Origin: Capsulimonadales bacterium
GTDB taxonomy: Bacteria > Armatimonadota > Armatimonadia > Armatimonadales > Armatimonadaceae
Direction of reading: 5' to 3'
NCBI GenBank assembly: GCA_033762295.1
Contig: JANRLW010000075.1
Location: 1 to 64,000, forward strand
DNA: 64,000 bases
A program made the translations under genes and the position numbers. Below are positions 1 through 9,534 of the stretch, one piece after another; position 1 is the first letter of the stretch, and each line of letters opens with the position of its first letter. Under the pieces are notes generated by a model that saw nothing but the letters and a program-made list of their open reading frames with translations, did not search any database and was not told the origin of the DNA.

Positions 1-1289
1 TGCAGCGGCGTGCGCCCCGCCAGACAGAGGTTGTGGTACGCATGCCCGAGTTCGTGCGCTAGGGTACTGACCGAGTTGAAGGCGGGCCGGTAGTTCTGGA
101 GAATCCGCGATTCGTCTCCGCGCAGCGACATGCAGAACGCGCCGTCTCGCTTGCCCGGACGGGGTTCGGCATCGATCCATCGTTCGGCGAAGGCCCGTTC
201 GGCCAGCGCCCGCATCTTCGCGGAGTAGCTTCCGAACTGTTCGGCGACGAACCGCTCCGCGTTCGCCCAACTCCACCGTCCGCTTTCCTGCCCGAGCGGA
301 GCGAACAGGTCGTACCAGGGAAGCCGATCCTGACCGCTGACGATCCGCGCCTTCGCCCGCAAATACCGCCGAAAATCGGGGAAGGACGCCCTGGCCGCCG
401 TCAGCATGGCGTCCAGCGTCGCCTGATCGGTATGATTGTGGAAGAGGGCGGCATCGAGCGGCGTCCCCCATTTTCGACGGCGCGCCAGCACGGCGGCTTC
501 GAATTTGACGCTGTTCATCGCGGCGGCCAGCGGGAGCGCGTTCGTCTTCCATGCGGCCAGTTCGGCCAGATACGCGCGGTGACGAACGGTCCGGTCCGAA
601 TCATAGGCCAGCGAGCGAATGACGCTCATCGGCAGACGCTCGACCTCGTCCTCCCGGAGGACGACCGGCATTTCGGTGACCGACGACACGCCTTTGGGCA
701 GAGGCACCACCATCTGTGATGTCACGTCCGAATACAACCGGGACCAGGCCGACCCTCCGGAAAGGCTCAACTCCGCCGCCAGTTCCTCCTCGGCCGGCGA
801 TAGGAGATGATCGGAGACGATGCGGGCCTCCCGGAGATAGTACGCATGATCGGCGGCCAGAGGCGAAGCGGCGATCAGTTCCTCGACCGCCAGCGATCCG
901 ACCCAGGCGGTGTACCGCGTCGACAGCAGAGAGAGCGTCACCCCCGCACGGCGCATTTCGCTCGATTTTGCCTGGGCGAGCGCATCGCGGGAATCGACGG
1001 CCAGATATGCCCCGATATAGGCTCGAACGGTGCGAATCTCGTCCAGAACCGAATTGAAGCCCCGGGTCACGCGTTCGAAACGGGTGACCGTCGCCTCATC
1101 GACGGACGGGGAGGTCGGCAGCGCGCCGATCTCCGCCTCATCGAAGAGACGGGCCAGATCGTCGATGCCGCGGAGGACCGATTCGAAAGCGGCTTCGAAT
1201 TCCGGGGAGGAGAGCGACGGATAGACGACGGAGACGTCCCAGTGCGGCAGAGAGGCGGAGGAGGACAAAAGTGCGGAGGCGGTGTTCAT
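1..1289 (-). CDS. pepF: M3 family oligoendopeptidase F (partial, runs off window start)
   Basis: Hand-translated, not in ORF track. Starts MNTASALLSSSASLPHWDVSVVYPSLSSPEF at 1289; in-frame zinc motif TLAHELGHAYH (HELGH at 42-56). Confidence 0.88.
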   Translation of the reverse strand, partial: MNTASALLSSSASLPHWDVSVVYPSLSSPEFEAAFESVLRGIDDLARLFDEAEIGALPTSPSVDEATVTRFERVTRGFNSVLDEIRTVRAYIGAYLAVDSRDALAQAKSSEMRRAGVTLSLLSTRYTAWVGSLAVEELIAASPLAADHAYYLREARIVSDHLLSPAEEELAAELSLSGGSAWSRLYSDVTSQMVVPLPKGVSSVTEMPVVLREDEVERLPMSVIRSLAYDSDRTVRHRAYLAELAAWKTNALPLAAAMNSVKFEAAVLARRRKWGTPLDAALFHNHTDQATLDAMLTAARASFPDFRRYLRAKARIVSGQDRLPWYDLFAPLGQESGRWSWANAERFVAEQFGSYSAKMRALAERAFAERWIDAEPRPGKRDGAFCMSLRGDESRILQNYRPAFNSVSTLAHELGHAYHNLCLAGRTPL

Positions 1290-1335
1290 GTGCGATTGTA
1301 GCACATGGAATGCCCGGGCGGACCGGTCGAACCGG

Positions 1336-3294
1336 TCAGACCGCTTTCAGCACGAGCAGAGCGAGGTCATCCTGCCGGTCGTTATCCACGTAGTCGGTGA
1401 CCGCGGCGTAAATGGCCGCGGCGATCTCCTGTGCGCTCAGGTGGACGTTTTCCTGGATCACACGCACCAGACGCTCCTGGGCGAAGAGCGTTTTGTGGCG
1501 ACGCGCCTCGATCACTCCGTCCGTATACATCACCAGGACATCGCCGGGAGCCATACGAATCTCCTGTGTGGGATAGTCCTGTTTGTGGAGGAAGCCGGCG
1601 ATAAGGCCGGGTTCGGTGCCGACCGCATGGCAGCAACGGCTGTTCGCCTGACAGTGCAGCGCCGGAGGATGCGCGGCGGAGGCGAGGGTGACCCGGCGGG
1701 ATTTCGGGTCGATCAGGGCGAAGCAGCAGGTGAGGAAGGTGGAATCGGTCGTTTGCTCGACCAGGGCATCGTTCATCCGCGAGAGAACGGAGGAGGGGTG
1801 CGGATTTTCGAGAGCGTAGGCACGGACGGTGTATTTTGCCATGATCGCCTGCGTCGCCGCATAGGTTCCCTGGCCGGAAACATCGGCGATCAGGGCGGCG
1901 ATCCGTCCGTCCTGAAGGGTGAAGACGTCGTACGTATCGCCGCCGACCGCCGAGACGCGACTGCCCGGCGAGTAGACGCGGCCGATTTCAAAGCCCGTGA
2001 TATTGGTGGGCAGTTCCGGAAGGAAGGCCTTTTGCAACGTTTCCGCGATACTGCACTCCTGGGCATAGAGGCGGGCGTTTTCGACGGCGACCGCGGCCTG
2101 ATGGGCGAAGGCGACCAGAAGTTCCGCATCTCGCTGGGCGAACGCCCCGGTGGTCGAACCGTACTGCTCCAGGACGCCCAGAGCGCGGTCGCCGATGATG
2201 AGCGGGACGCAGATAACGGAGCGGGTCTCGGCGGTCTCATCGAGCGACAGGCGCAGGGTCGGAAAGGCGATGTCCGTGACCCGGCGGGTATCAGTGACGA
2301 TGACCGCGCGCCGTTCCTGCATCGCCATGCGGGCGACCTGCGAAACGGCGGCGACACGGAACCGTCGCACGGATCGGCGATCGATCCCGCGCATCTCGGC
2401 CAGGCGCAGGCCCGCCCCCTCGTGCGGATCGCAGAGCATGTAGATCGCTCCGGCATCGGCGCGCGTCATCGAAACCGACTGCTGAAGAATGATCCGCAGC
2501 GTTTCCGCGACATCGAGCGAGGCGGACAGGGCTTCGCCGACCCGCTGGAAACCGGCCTTGATCTCGGTCGCCTGCGCCTGCAGTTCGTGATAGGCGTGCG
2601 CATTGGTCAGCGCGATCGCTCCCTGCGCGGCCAGCAGGGACAGCAGATGAAACTCCTCCTCGGTGAACCGACGGAAATCGTTACAGTAGATATACAGGAT
2701 GCCGACCGTCTGTCCGCTAAAGAGCAACGGGGCGCAGGCCGAGGAGACGATATGGTCTCGTTTGGCCGCCTCCGCCAGGCGGGCATCGGAATGGCTGCGC
2801 ATATCCCAGGTCGCCAGGGAGCGTCCTTCGGCGATCGCCAGACTGACCACTCCCTGTTCGACCGGACCGGCCAGGGCGGCCAGAAAGGAACCGGACAGAC
2901 CACGAGCGGCCGCCACGCCGAGCCACTGCTGTTCGTCGGCAAGCAGCACGGCGACGCCGGAGACGCCGAAAAGATCGACGGTCCGTTCCGCCAGAATCCC
3001 GGCCACCTGGGCCGGCTCCAGCGTGCTGCTGATCGCGTGATAGGCCGAGACGAGTTTTTCCAGCGGATGACCCTGCCCGGGTCCGGCCGGAACGAGTTCG
3101 CTCGGCGGCGCAAGGGCGATCGACGCGGGGGAGATCACGGGGGCGCTGATCGCGGAAGAGGGGGACAGGGGATTCTCCGCCGGAGCCCCCAGGGGCGCTT
3201 CGGCGGTCGCGGAGCGAACGGTAAGACGCCGCAACAGGGTGGACGGCGACGTCACTCTGGGAAAACGAATTGGTTCCACGACAGATTCACCCAT
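1336..3294 (-). CDS. GAF-GAF-PP2C (SpoIIE/RsbU-like) serine phosphatase
   Basis: Two GAF-like segments followed by PP2C motifs LQKAFLP, VGGDTYD, IADVSGQG, YTDGVIEA, DDLALL. Confidence 0.9.
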   Translation of the reverse strand: MGESVVEPIRFPRVTSPSTLLRRLTVRSATAEAPLGAPAENPLSPSSAISAPVISPASIALAPPSELVPAGPGQGHPLEKLVSAYHAISSTLEPAQVAGILAERTVDLFGVSGVAVLLADEQQWLGVAAARGLSGSFLAALAGPVEQGVVSLAIAEGRSLATWDMRSHSDARLAEAAKRDHIVSSACAPLLFSGQTVGILYIYCNDFRRFTEEEFHLLSLLAAQGAIALTNAHAYHELQAQATEIKAGFQRVGEALSASLDVAETLRIILQQSVSMTRADAGAIYMLCDPHEGAGLRLAEMRGIDRRSVRRFRVAAVSQVARMAMQERRAVIVTDTRRVTDIAFPTLRLSLDETAETRSVICVPLIIGDRALGVLEQYGSTTGAFAQRDAELLVAFAHQAAVAVENARLYAQECSIAETLQKAFLPELPTNITGFEIGRVYSPGSRVSAVGGDTYDVFTLQDGRIAALIADVSGQGTYAATQAIMAKYTVRAYALENPHPSSVLSRMNDALVEQTTDSTFLTCCFALIDPKSRRVTLASAAHPPALHCQANSRCCHAVGTEPGLIAGFLHKQDYPTQEIRMAPGDVLVMYTDGVIEARRHKTLFAQERLVRVIQENVHLSAQEIAAAIYAAVTDYVDNDRQDDLALLVLKAV

Positions 3295-3450
3295 GTTCCG
3301 CCAAACTCAACAAATTGGAGTGGGTTCGTAGTACGCTGAGCGTCTATTGAATTATTCTACTGTGCTAAGTTTGGAGCGTCAATTATACGAAACGATTTAT
3401 CAGAACAAATAGTGCGACCATTTTGTTTAGTAAATATTTATTAACGCCCG

Positions 3451-3498
3451 AAAAGGCGAAAACGGCGGTCGGAAGTGCCGACCGCCGTCTCGCTTTTT
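3451..3498. terminator. Intrinsic terminator hairpin, probably bidirectional
   Basis: AAAAGGCGAAAACGGCGGTCGG-aagtg-CCGACCGCCGTCTCGCTTTTT; lies just after the stop of the 3512-3766 ORF. Confidence 0.7.
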
Positions 3499-3511
3499 GA
3501 TTTTCCATCGC

Positions 3512-3766
3512 TCAAACGCCGTTCAACAGCGCGTTCAACTCGTCCCAGCGCGTGATATCGAACGGAATCTGCCAGGCGAATGGCCGTCCCTTGCGGTCGG
3601 TATACACCGCCATCGCCGTTCCCAGCGCTTTTTCGCTGTCCGACGGCGTTTTCTGAGCTACCCCTGTCGTCCGCCCGACCACCGCCAGCACTCGATCCGC
3701 CTGCTCTCTGCCCTCGATATACGCGATTCCCCGACGCGTCCCATCCTTCCACATCCGAGAAGCCAT
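3512..3766 (-). CDS. Small hypothetical protein (84 aa)
   Basis: MASRMWKDGTRRGIAYIEG...AWQIPFDITRWDELNALLNGV; strong SD (AGGAAGGAGG) before ATG; followed by a terminator. Confidence 0.65.
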   Translation of the reverse strand: MASRMWKDGTRRGIAYIEGREQADRVLAVVGRTTGVAQKTPSDSEKALGTAMAVYTDRKGRPFAWQIPFDITRWDELNALLNGV

Positions 3767-3861
3767 CTCCGCCTCCTTCCTCCTGCAGTATAGCAAACAT
3801 CCGTTTGCCATGCAAGACGCGGGCGAAGACTCCGGAGCCGTTTTCCCTACCGGAACGGCGT

Positions 3862-4830
3862 TCAGTCGGCGATCACCGGGTTGCGCAGTGTGCCGATACC
3901 CTCGATCGTCGCCTCGACGACATCGCCCGGTCGGATCGGACCGACGCCCGATGGCGTGCCGGTCGCGATCACGTCGCCCGCATGTAGCGCGAACTGCTTC
4001 GACAGGTACGCGATCAGGAAAGGAATCGAGTAGATCATCGAACCCGTGGTATCGTTCTGCTTCGTCTCGCCGTTCACCGTCAGTGAAATCCGGAGGTTTT
4101 GCGGGTCCGGGAGGTCGTCTTTGGTCACCAGCCACGGACCGAGCGGGCCGGATGTGTCCATGGACTTCGCCAGGAACCAGGGCTGCTTCTTTTCCTGCGC
4201 CGCGCGTTGCCGTTCGCGCGCGGTAACGTCATTGAAGACGGAGTAGGCGACCACATGGTTCATCGCCTCCGACTCCGGGATATGCCGCCCGCCCTCGCCG
4301 AGAACCACCAGCAGTTCGGCCTCGTAATCGACGCGCCCGACCCACTCCGGAATCCGGATCGGTTCGTTCGGTCCGATCACGCACGTCGACGCCTTCAAAA
4401 AGACGATCGGCTCCTCCGGCACGGCGTTTCCCAACTCCTTCGCATGCTCGCCGTAGTTTCGTCCGATCGCCAGCACCCGTTTCGGACGCGGGAACGGACA
4501 GAGCAGAGGGGTGTCCGCCGGAAAGAGAAACGCCTCCCGTTCGACGTTCGTGCGTCCCCGGTCGAACTCCTCGACTGCCTCGTTCACGATCGGAGCCATC
4601 TCCGGCCAGACCTGCGCCAGGTGGAACGGCTGAACTCCGTAGTAGGGATGCCGCATCTCCGCCCAGTTTTCGTAGATATGAGAATCGCGGATGATATCGC
4701 CGAAGGTACGCAGTCCGGTTCCGGCGATACGGGCATCGACCAGTCCGAGGACATCGAGCAACGTTTCGTCGGGCCGGACCGCGACCGCACAGAAGCTTCC
4801 CTCCGGCTTTTGAATGTAACCGATGCGCAT
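3862..4830 (-). CDS. Fumarylacetoacetate hydrolase family protein
   Basis: AIGRNYGEHAKE, PIVFLK, DYEAEL, FNDVTARE, AKSMDT, GDVIATGTPSGVG. Confidence 0.92.
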   Translation of the reverse strand: MRIGYIQKPEGSFCAVAVRPDETLLDVLGLVDARIAGTGLRTFGDIIRDSHIYENWAEMRHPYYGVQPFHLAQVWPEMAPIVNEAVEEFDRGRTNVEREAFLFPADTPLLCPFPRPKRVLAIGRNYGEHAKELGNAVPEEPIVFLKASTCVIGPNEPIRIPEWVGRVDYEAELLVVLGEGGRHIPESEAMNHVVAYSVFNDVTARERQRAAQEKKQPWFLAKSMDTSGPLGPWLVTKDDLPDPQNLRISLTVNGETKQNDTTGSMIYSIPFLIAYLSKQFALHAGDVIATGTPSGVGPIRPGDVVEATIEGIGTLRNPVIAD

Positions 4831-4841
4831 GTCTCCGCCGC

Positions 4842-5549
4842 CTATTCCTTTTTGAATTTTGCCGCCCGGACCAGAAAGCGTTCGGTCGCCGCCGCCAGCG
4901 TCGAATAGGGCGCTTCGGCCACCAGTTCCTCGCCATTAAAAATAAAGGACGGCACGTGCCGTATGCCGTTCGCATACGCGTCATCGTCGTACGGCAGGAT
5001 CATCTCATCGAACTCCTCGCTCACGATCGACGCTCGCAGGGCGTCCGGATCGAGTCCGATGCCCGCGCCGAGCCGGGCCAGGACAGCGAGATCGGCGATA
5101 TCCTCCCGTCGTTCCCAGTAGGCGCGATAGATCGCTTCATGGTAGGCGTCGGCCATCTCCGGTCCTTGCGTCCGGGCATACTCGGCGCCGAGCAGGGCGG
5201 AATGGGTGCGGACGAACGACGGTCGCGGCGTCGGCAGTTCGATGCCTTCCGATTGCAGGAACAGATCGAAGCGCGACGGTGGTTTGGGCGGCGCGTTCGG
5301 GTCGACCGGCGTCGGCGGCCCCGGTTCGTAAGCCATTCCCGGCGGAATCAGTTCCGCGCCGCGCCAGTCGAACGTCACCCCGAACTCCTGTTTCAGTCGG
5401 ACGGCGTGGATCCAACCCGCCCAGCACCAGGGGCACAGGTAGTCATGGTAGATCGTGATCGTGGTCAGCGTTCCGAGGCTGAACTTCGGCGATTTATAGT
5501 TTCTTTCATCGGGATCGCCCGAGGGGGCGACCGGCGGAGGCATTCGCAT
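4842..5549 (-). CDS. DsbA/FrnE-like thioredoxin-fold oxidoreductase
   Basis: HDYLCPWCW (CxxC) and GIRHVPSFIFNG cis-Pro motif; start moved to MRMPPP after an AGGA SD. Confidence 0.82.
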   Translation of the reverse strand: MRMPPPVAPSGDPDERNYKSPKFSLGTLTTITIYHDYLCPWCWAGWIHAVRLKQEFGVTFDWRGAELIPPGMAYEPGPPTPVDPNAPPKPPSRFDLFLQSEGIELPTPRPSFVRTHSALLGAEYARTQGPEMADAYHEAIYRAYWERREDIADLAVLARLGAGIGLDPDALRASIVSEEFDEMILPYDDDAYANGIRHVPSFIFNGEELVAEAPYSTLAAATERFLVRAAKFKKE

Positions 5550-5703
5550 GACGGTGGTTCCTGACACTTTCCAGCGCCGTTCTCGCGGCACGGGTAAACG
5601 GTATACGTGAATGGTACCCGAACCACGCCGACGAAATTCCCGAATATTCACCGCATGCGAGCGCAGGAGCGTCCGAAAGTCCCGCCGGTCTACCGGAGAG
5701 GAA

Positions 5704-6849
5704 TCAGGGGGTGTTGGCGATGATGAGGATATCGACCGAGCGCAGTTCGCGGGTGATCCGGTTGATGATCGAACCCTTTACGAACTCCTGCCACCGCGAA
5801 CGGTCCGAATGACCGAGGACGATCTGTGTGATGCCGTTCTCCCGCGCATAGCGGATCAACTCCGTCGCGATATCGCCGTGCAGGGTGGTCACCGGGATTT
5901 TCAGCCGATCCGCCAGGGCGAAGTCGTTCCGGAGAATCTCCTGCTCCCGTGCGTTGGGCGGACGACTCTCCACATAAACAGCGACGATGCTGCCTTTCAA
6001 ACGCTGTGCGATCCGCCATCCCCGGCGGAGCAGGCGCAGGGAGGATTGGGTCGGGGACAGGCAGACCATGATCCGGTCGTGCGTGGCGACGGGTCCCTCC
6101 AGATGGTGTTCCCGCCGATACGCGGAGATGTCCTGATCGACCTCGTTCGCGATCTCCCGCAGGGCGATCTCGCGCAGCGCGGTCAGATTCCCCTCGCGAA
6201 ACCAGTTGGACCTGGCCTGCTCGATCTTCTCCGGGCGGTAGATATCGCCCCGTTCCAGACGGTGGAGCAGCGCGCGCGGCGTGATATCCACCATCACGTA
6301 CTCATCGGCGTCCCGCAGCACATGATCCGGCACCGTCTCCCGCACCCTTACCCCGGTCACCTCGTACACCGCGTCGTTCAGACTCTCCAGGTGCTGAACG
6401 TTCAGCGTCGAAAGGACGTTGATGCCCGCGTCGAGAATCACCAGGACATCCTGCCAGCGTTTTTCCCGCTCGGACCCCGGAACGTTGGTATGGGCCAGTT
6501 CGTCGACCAGGACGGTGTGTGGCTGACGCCGCAGAATGGCGTCGGTGTCCATCTCCTCCATCGTCGTCCCCCGGTACTCGACCCGTTTCCGGGGAATCAC
6601 CGGCAGGTCGCCGAGCTGTTCCTCGGTGCCTTTGCGCCCATGCGTTTCAACATAACCGATGACGACGTCCTGGCCCCGCTGGCGACGACGGTTCGCCTCC
6701 GTCAGCATTTCGAACGTCTTGCCGACGCCTGCCGCAAACCCGAGGAAGATTTTGTGCCTGCCCCGCCCCGTACGGCGTTCCTCCTCGCGGCAGAGAGCGA
6801 GTGCCTCCTCCGGCGAGATGCGTTTTTCCTCGAAAGCGGGTCCGGTCAT
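5704..6849 (-). CDS. kdpD: Stand-alone KdpD N-terminal sensor domain + USP domain (no TM or kinase part)
   Basis: GRHKIFLGFAAGVGKTFEML, VETHGR, LVDELAHTN, KRWQDV, NVQHLESLND, then a USP domain (RIMVCLS...IVLGHS). Confidence 0.88.
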   Translation of the reverse strand: MTGPAFEEKRISPEEALALCREEERRTGRGRHKIFLGFAAGVGKTFEMLTEANRRRQRGQDVVIGYVETHGRKGTEEQLGDLPVIPRKRVEYRGTTMEEMDTDAILRRQPHTVLVDELAHTNVPGSEREKRWQDVLVILDAGINVLSTLNVQHLESLNDAVYEVTGVRVRETVPDHVLRDADEYVMVDITPRALLHRLERGDIYRPEKIEQARSNWFREGNLTALREIALREIANEVDQDISAYRREHHLEGPVATHDRIMVCLSPTQSSLRLLRRGWRIAQRLKGSIVAVYVESRPPNAREQEILRNDFALADRLKIPVTTLHGDIATELIRYARENGITQIVLGHSDRSRWQEFVKGSIINRITRELRSVDILIIANTP

Positions 6850-6866
6850 GGCGTCTCGAATCCCGA

Positions 6867-7631
6867 TTACCGGTTCCCGCCGACGGCGTTCGGCGCGGAA
6901 AGCACGGCATCGATCCAGTGTTTCTGTCCGCTGGTCAGGTCGTTGACCGTCAGAACGCCCGCGGGCGGAAGCTCGGCGTGCTGCCAGAGCCAGTTCGCCA
7001 GGGTTTCCGCGCACAACGCCTGCCAGAAATCGTCCCCATCCGGCATCTCCTCCCGATCCGCGTACGCCTTTACCAGCTCGATCATGTACGGTGGCAGGGA
7101 AACCAGACAGGGTAAACCGTCCCCGGTCGCCGTAAGAACGAGAAAGGAGACATCCATCTGCCCCTCTTTTGTTTTCCGGGGCGCGGAAATCGCCCGCAGG
7201 CGAAAACCGTTGACCGTGGTCACATCGAACGAGTACGGGGAGAAGAACCTGCTGCCGGCCCGTTCGTCCCGTCCGGTCAGGGCGGTCGTTACCGCGCCGC
7301 GCAGCGTTTCGACCGTGAACGGCTTGCGCAGGAAATCGACCGCGCCGGCCGCCATCGCTTCCGTTGCCAGGTCGATGGTGCCGAACGCGGTGATCATCAT
7401 CACCCGTGCGTCCGGGCGTCGCTGACGCATGGTCCGCAGTACCTCCAATCCTTCCATGCCCGGCATCCGCTGGTCCAGCAGGGTCAGTTCCCAGTCCGCG
7501 CCGGAACCGAACCGTTCCAGCCCCTCAAAGCCGTCGGCTGCCGTTTCGACCGCATGGCCGACCGCCGTCAGAGCAAGCTTCAGCATCGTTCGAATGTTGC
7601 TCTCGTCATCGATTACCAGAATGCGTGCCAT
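6867..7631 (-). CDS. Response regulator: receiver domain + unrecognised C-terminal domain
   Basis: ILVIDDE...LLDQRMPGMEG...MITAFG...DFLRKPF; the C-terminal ~120 aa has no obvious wHTH or AAA motif. Confidence 0.85.
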   Translation of the reverse strand: MARILVIDDESNIRTMLKLALTAVGHAVETAADGFEGLERFGSGADWELTLLDQRMPGMEGLEVLRTMRQRRPDARVMMITAFGTIDLATEAMAAGAVDFLRKPFTVETLRGAVTTALTGRDERAGSRFFSPYSFDVTTVNGFRLRAISAPRKTKEGQMDVSFLVLTATGDGLPCLVSLPPYMIELVKAYADREEMPDGDDFWQALCAETLANWLWQHAELPPAGVLTVNDLTSGQKHWIDAVLSAPNAVGGNR

Positions 7632-7655
7632 ACGCCCACCTTTCCTCACAAGTCC

Positions 7656-9518
7656 TTACAAGTCCTTACGAGAAGTCCCTTCGACTCGGATATCACGGAA
7701 TGTCGCCGGCAGCGAGAAGCGGAACACGCTGCCGTTCCCCGGTTCGCTCTGCGCCCGTATCTCACCACCATGCGCCCGAACGATCGTCTGTGCGATCGAC
7801 AGGCCGAGGCCCGCCCCGCCGCGCGTCGCTCCGGGCACCTGCACGAAACGGTCGAAAATCCGTTCCAGGTAGGCCGGAGGAATGCCCGAACCGGTATCGG
7901 CGACCTGAAAGACGACCCGATCGCCCTCGGTGTTCGCGCTGAGCGTGACCCGACCGGCGGCGGGGGTGTGGCGGATCGCGTTCGATGCCAGGTTGATCAG
8001 GACACGGACCATCTGACTGCGGTCCGCCCGAACCGGCGGGAGCGTTTCGTCCGTCGTCGCCTCCAGTATCACGTTCCGGGTTCGCGCCTCCGCTTCCACG
8101 CTACGTCGAGCGGCCGTCAGAAGTTCGTTCGGGGCGACGACCTCGAAGCGGGGCGGGGTTGCGCCCGATTCCAGCCGCGTCAGATCGAGCAGTTCATGCA
8201 TCATCCGTTCCAACCGAAGCAGGTCCTCGCGCAGCACGCTCACAATCTCTCGCTGCGCCGGCAGCAGTGCGCCGGCCGCCCCTTCCGCCAGCAGATCGAC
8301 ACCGAGAAGGAGCGAGGTGACGGGGGTTCGCAGTTCATGGGAGGCAACCCCGATGAACTCGGTCTTCAGGCGGCCCACCTCCTGCTGATAGGTGACATCC
8401 TCCAGAACGGCGACCGCCCCGAGCGGCATGGCGTCCTCGTCGCGAATCGGCGTCGCCCGCAATCGGTAGGCGCGACCGGCCAGGGACACCAGCCCGGCGT
8501 CCCCCTCCTCAGCCGAAACCTGCGCCTCCCGGGCCGCGCGCCGGATCGCCTCCGCCAGACGATTCTCCTGAACGACCGACTGCACGAACTGCCCGCTCGC
8601 CCGAACCCCCGGCCCGAACAGGCCCTCCGCCGCGCGGTTCAGACGGACGACGCGTCCTTCCTGGTCCGTGACGATGACCGGGTCATACAGATCGGTCAAC
8701 GCGGCGTCGCTGAGCCGCTCGGCGCGATGCAGTCGCTCCTCCTCCCGACGCCGGGCCTCCTGAAGGCGTTCCGCCATGCCGTTGAAGGTCGTCGCCAGAA
8801 GGCCGATCTCGTCGTCGCGGCGCGCTTCGATCCGCTGGTTGAAATGGCCCGAACCGATCTCCTCCGCCTGCCGGGTCAGCGAAATCAGGGGCGTCATCAG
8901 CGTCGCGATGTTCCGTCGCGCCCATCCGAGTCCGAGGACGACGGCCAGAGCGGTAATCAGCACGCTGGCAAGGGCCGCGACCCGCGCCTCCTCTCTCGCC
9001 CGCCGGTCCGCACGGACAATCGCGGCCTGATTCAGGTCGAGGACATCCTGAACACGGCGTTTCACCCGGGAGAACTGCGGCTGCAGAACGGAGAAGTAGA
9101 AAGACCGGGTCCGACCCGACTCGTCCGGAGCCGTCGAAAAGAGCAGACCTTCGACCTGCCGCCGATAGCGGGCGAATTCGCGGGTCAGGTCGTCGGAAAT
9201 CTCCTGCTCGCCCACCTCCGTGATATTGTCCGCTTCGATCCGGGCGGCGTTCAGAAACAGGGGGAGGTTCTCCCGATACTGTCGTCGCGCCCATTCCCGC
9301 TGTCCGGTCACGAAGAAGGTCGAGGCGCTGTCGATCCGCTCCAGAGCTTCTTTCATGTTCTGCGCGGCGATCACGCTCTTGTAGTTATCTTCCAGAATAC
9401 GGTTGACCGACTGGCCGAGACGGAAAAAACCGGCGACCGCGATCAGGCAGACGCCGAGAAGCAGTCCCACCAGTAAAAGGTGGGACTGGAGCAGTTGCGA
9501 CCGCAGGCTCTTTCGCAT
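7656..9518 (-). CDS. Membrane sensor histidine kinase (periplasmic helical domain-HAMP-PAS-HisKA-HATPase)
   Basis: Two TM segments, HAMP (DEIGLLATTFNGM), PAS, H-box ASHELRTP, N-box NLASNAIRHT, G-boxes DTGSGI and GAGLGLSI. Confidence 0.93.
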   Translation of the reverse strand: MRKSLRSQLLQSHLLLVGLLLGVCLIAVAGFFRLGQSVNRILEDNYKSVIAAQNMKEALERIDSASTFFVTGQREWARRQYRENLPLFLNAARIEADNITEVGEQEISDDLTREFARYRRQVEGLLFSTAPDESGRTRSFYFSVLQPQFSRVKRRVQDVLDLNQAAIVRADRRAREEARVAALASVLITALAVVLGLGWARRNIATLMTPLISLTRQAEEIGSGHFNQRIEARRDDEIGLLATTFNGMAERLQEARRREEERLHRAERLSDAALTDLYDPVIVTDQEGRVVRLNRAAEGLFGPGVRASGQFVQSVVQENRLAEAIRRAAREAQVSAEEGDAGLVSLAGRAYRLRATPIRDEDAMPLGAVAVLEDVTYQQEVGRLKTEFIGVASHELRTPVTSLLLGVDLLAEGAAGALLPAQREIVSVLREDLLRLERMMHELLDLTRLESGATPPRFEVVAPNELLTAARRSVEAEARTRNVILEATTDETLPPVRADRSQMVRVLINLASNAIRHTPAAGRVTLSANTEGDRVVFQVADTGSGIPPAYLERIFDRFVQVPGATRGGAGLGLSIAQTIVRAHGGEIRAQSEPGNGSVFRFSLPATFRDIRVEGTSRKDL

Positions 9519-9534
9519 CTCGTCGAATCACCCC

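Noticed and set aside
1282..3339. 685-aa plus-strand ORF and similar long antisense ORFs (5611-7425, 7554-9476, 11085-13169, 13611-15125, 30759-33122, 33942-36014, 57002-58474)
   Set aside because: They lie opposite well-supported genes and have no motifs; long shadow ORFs are expected in high-GC DNA.
6867..7631. Calling the response regulator kdpE
   Set aside because: No OmpR-type winged-helix output domain is visible.
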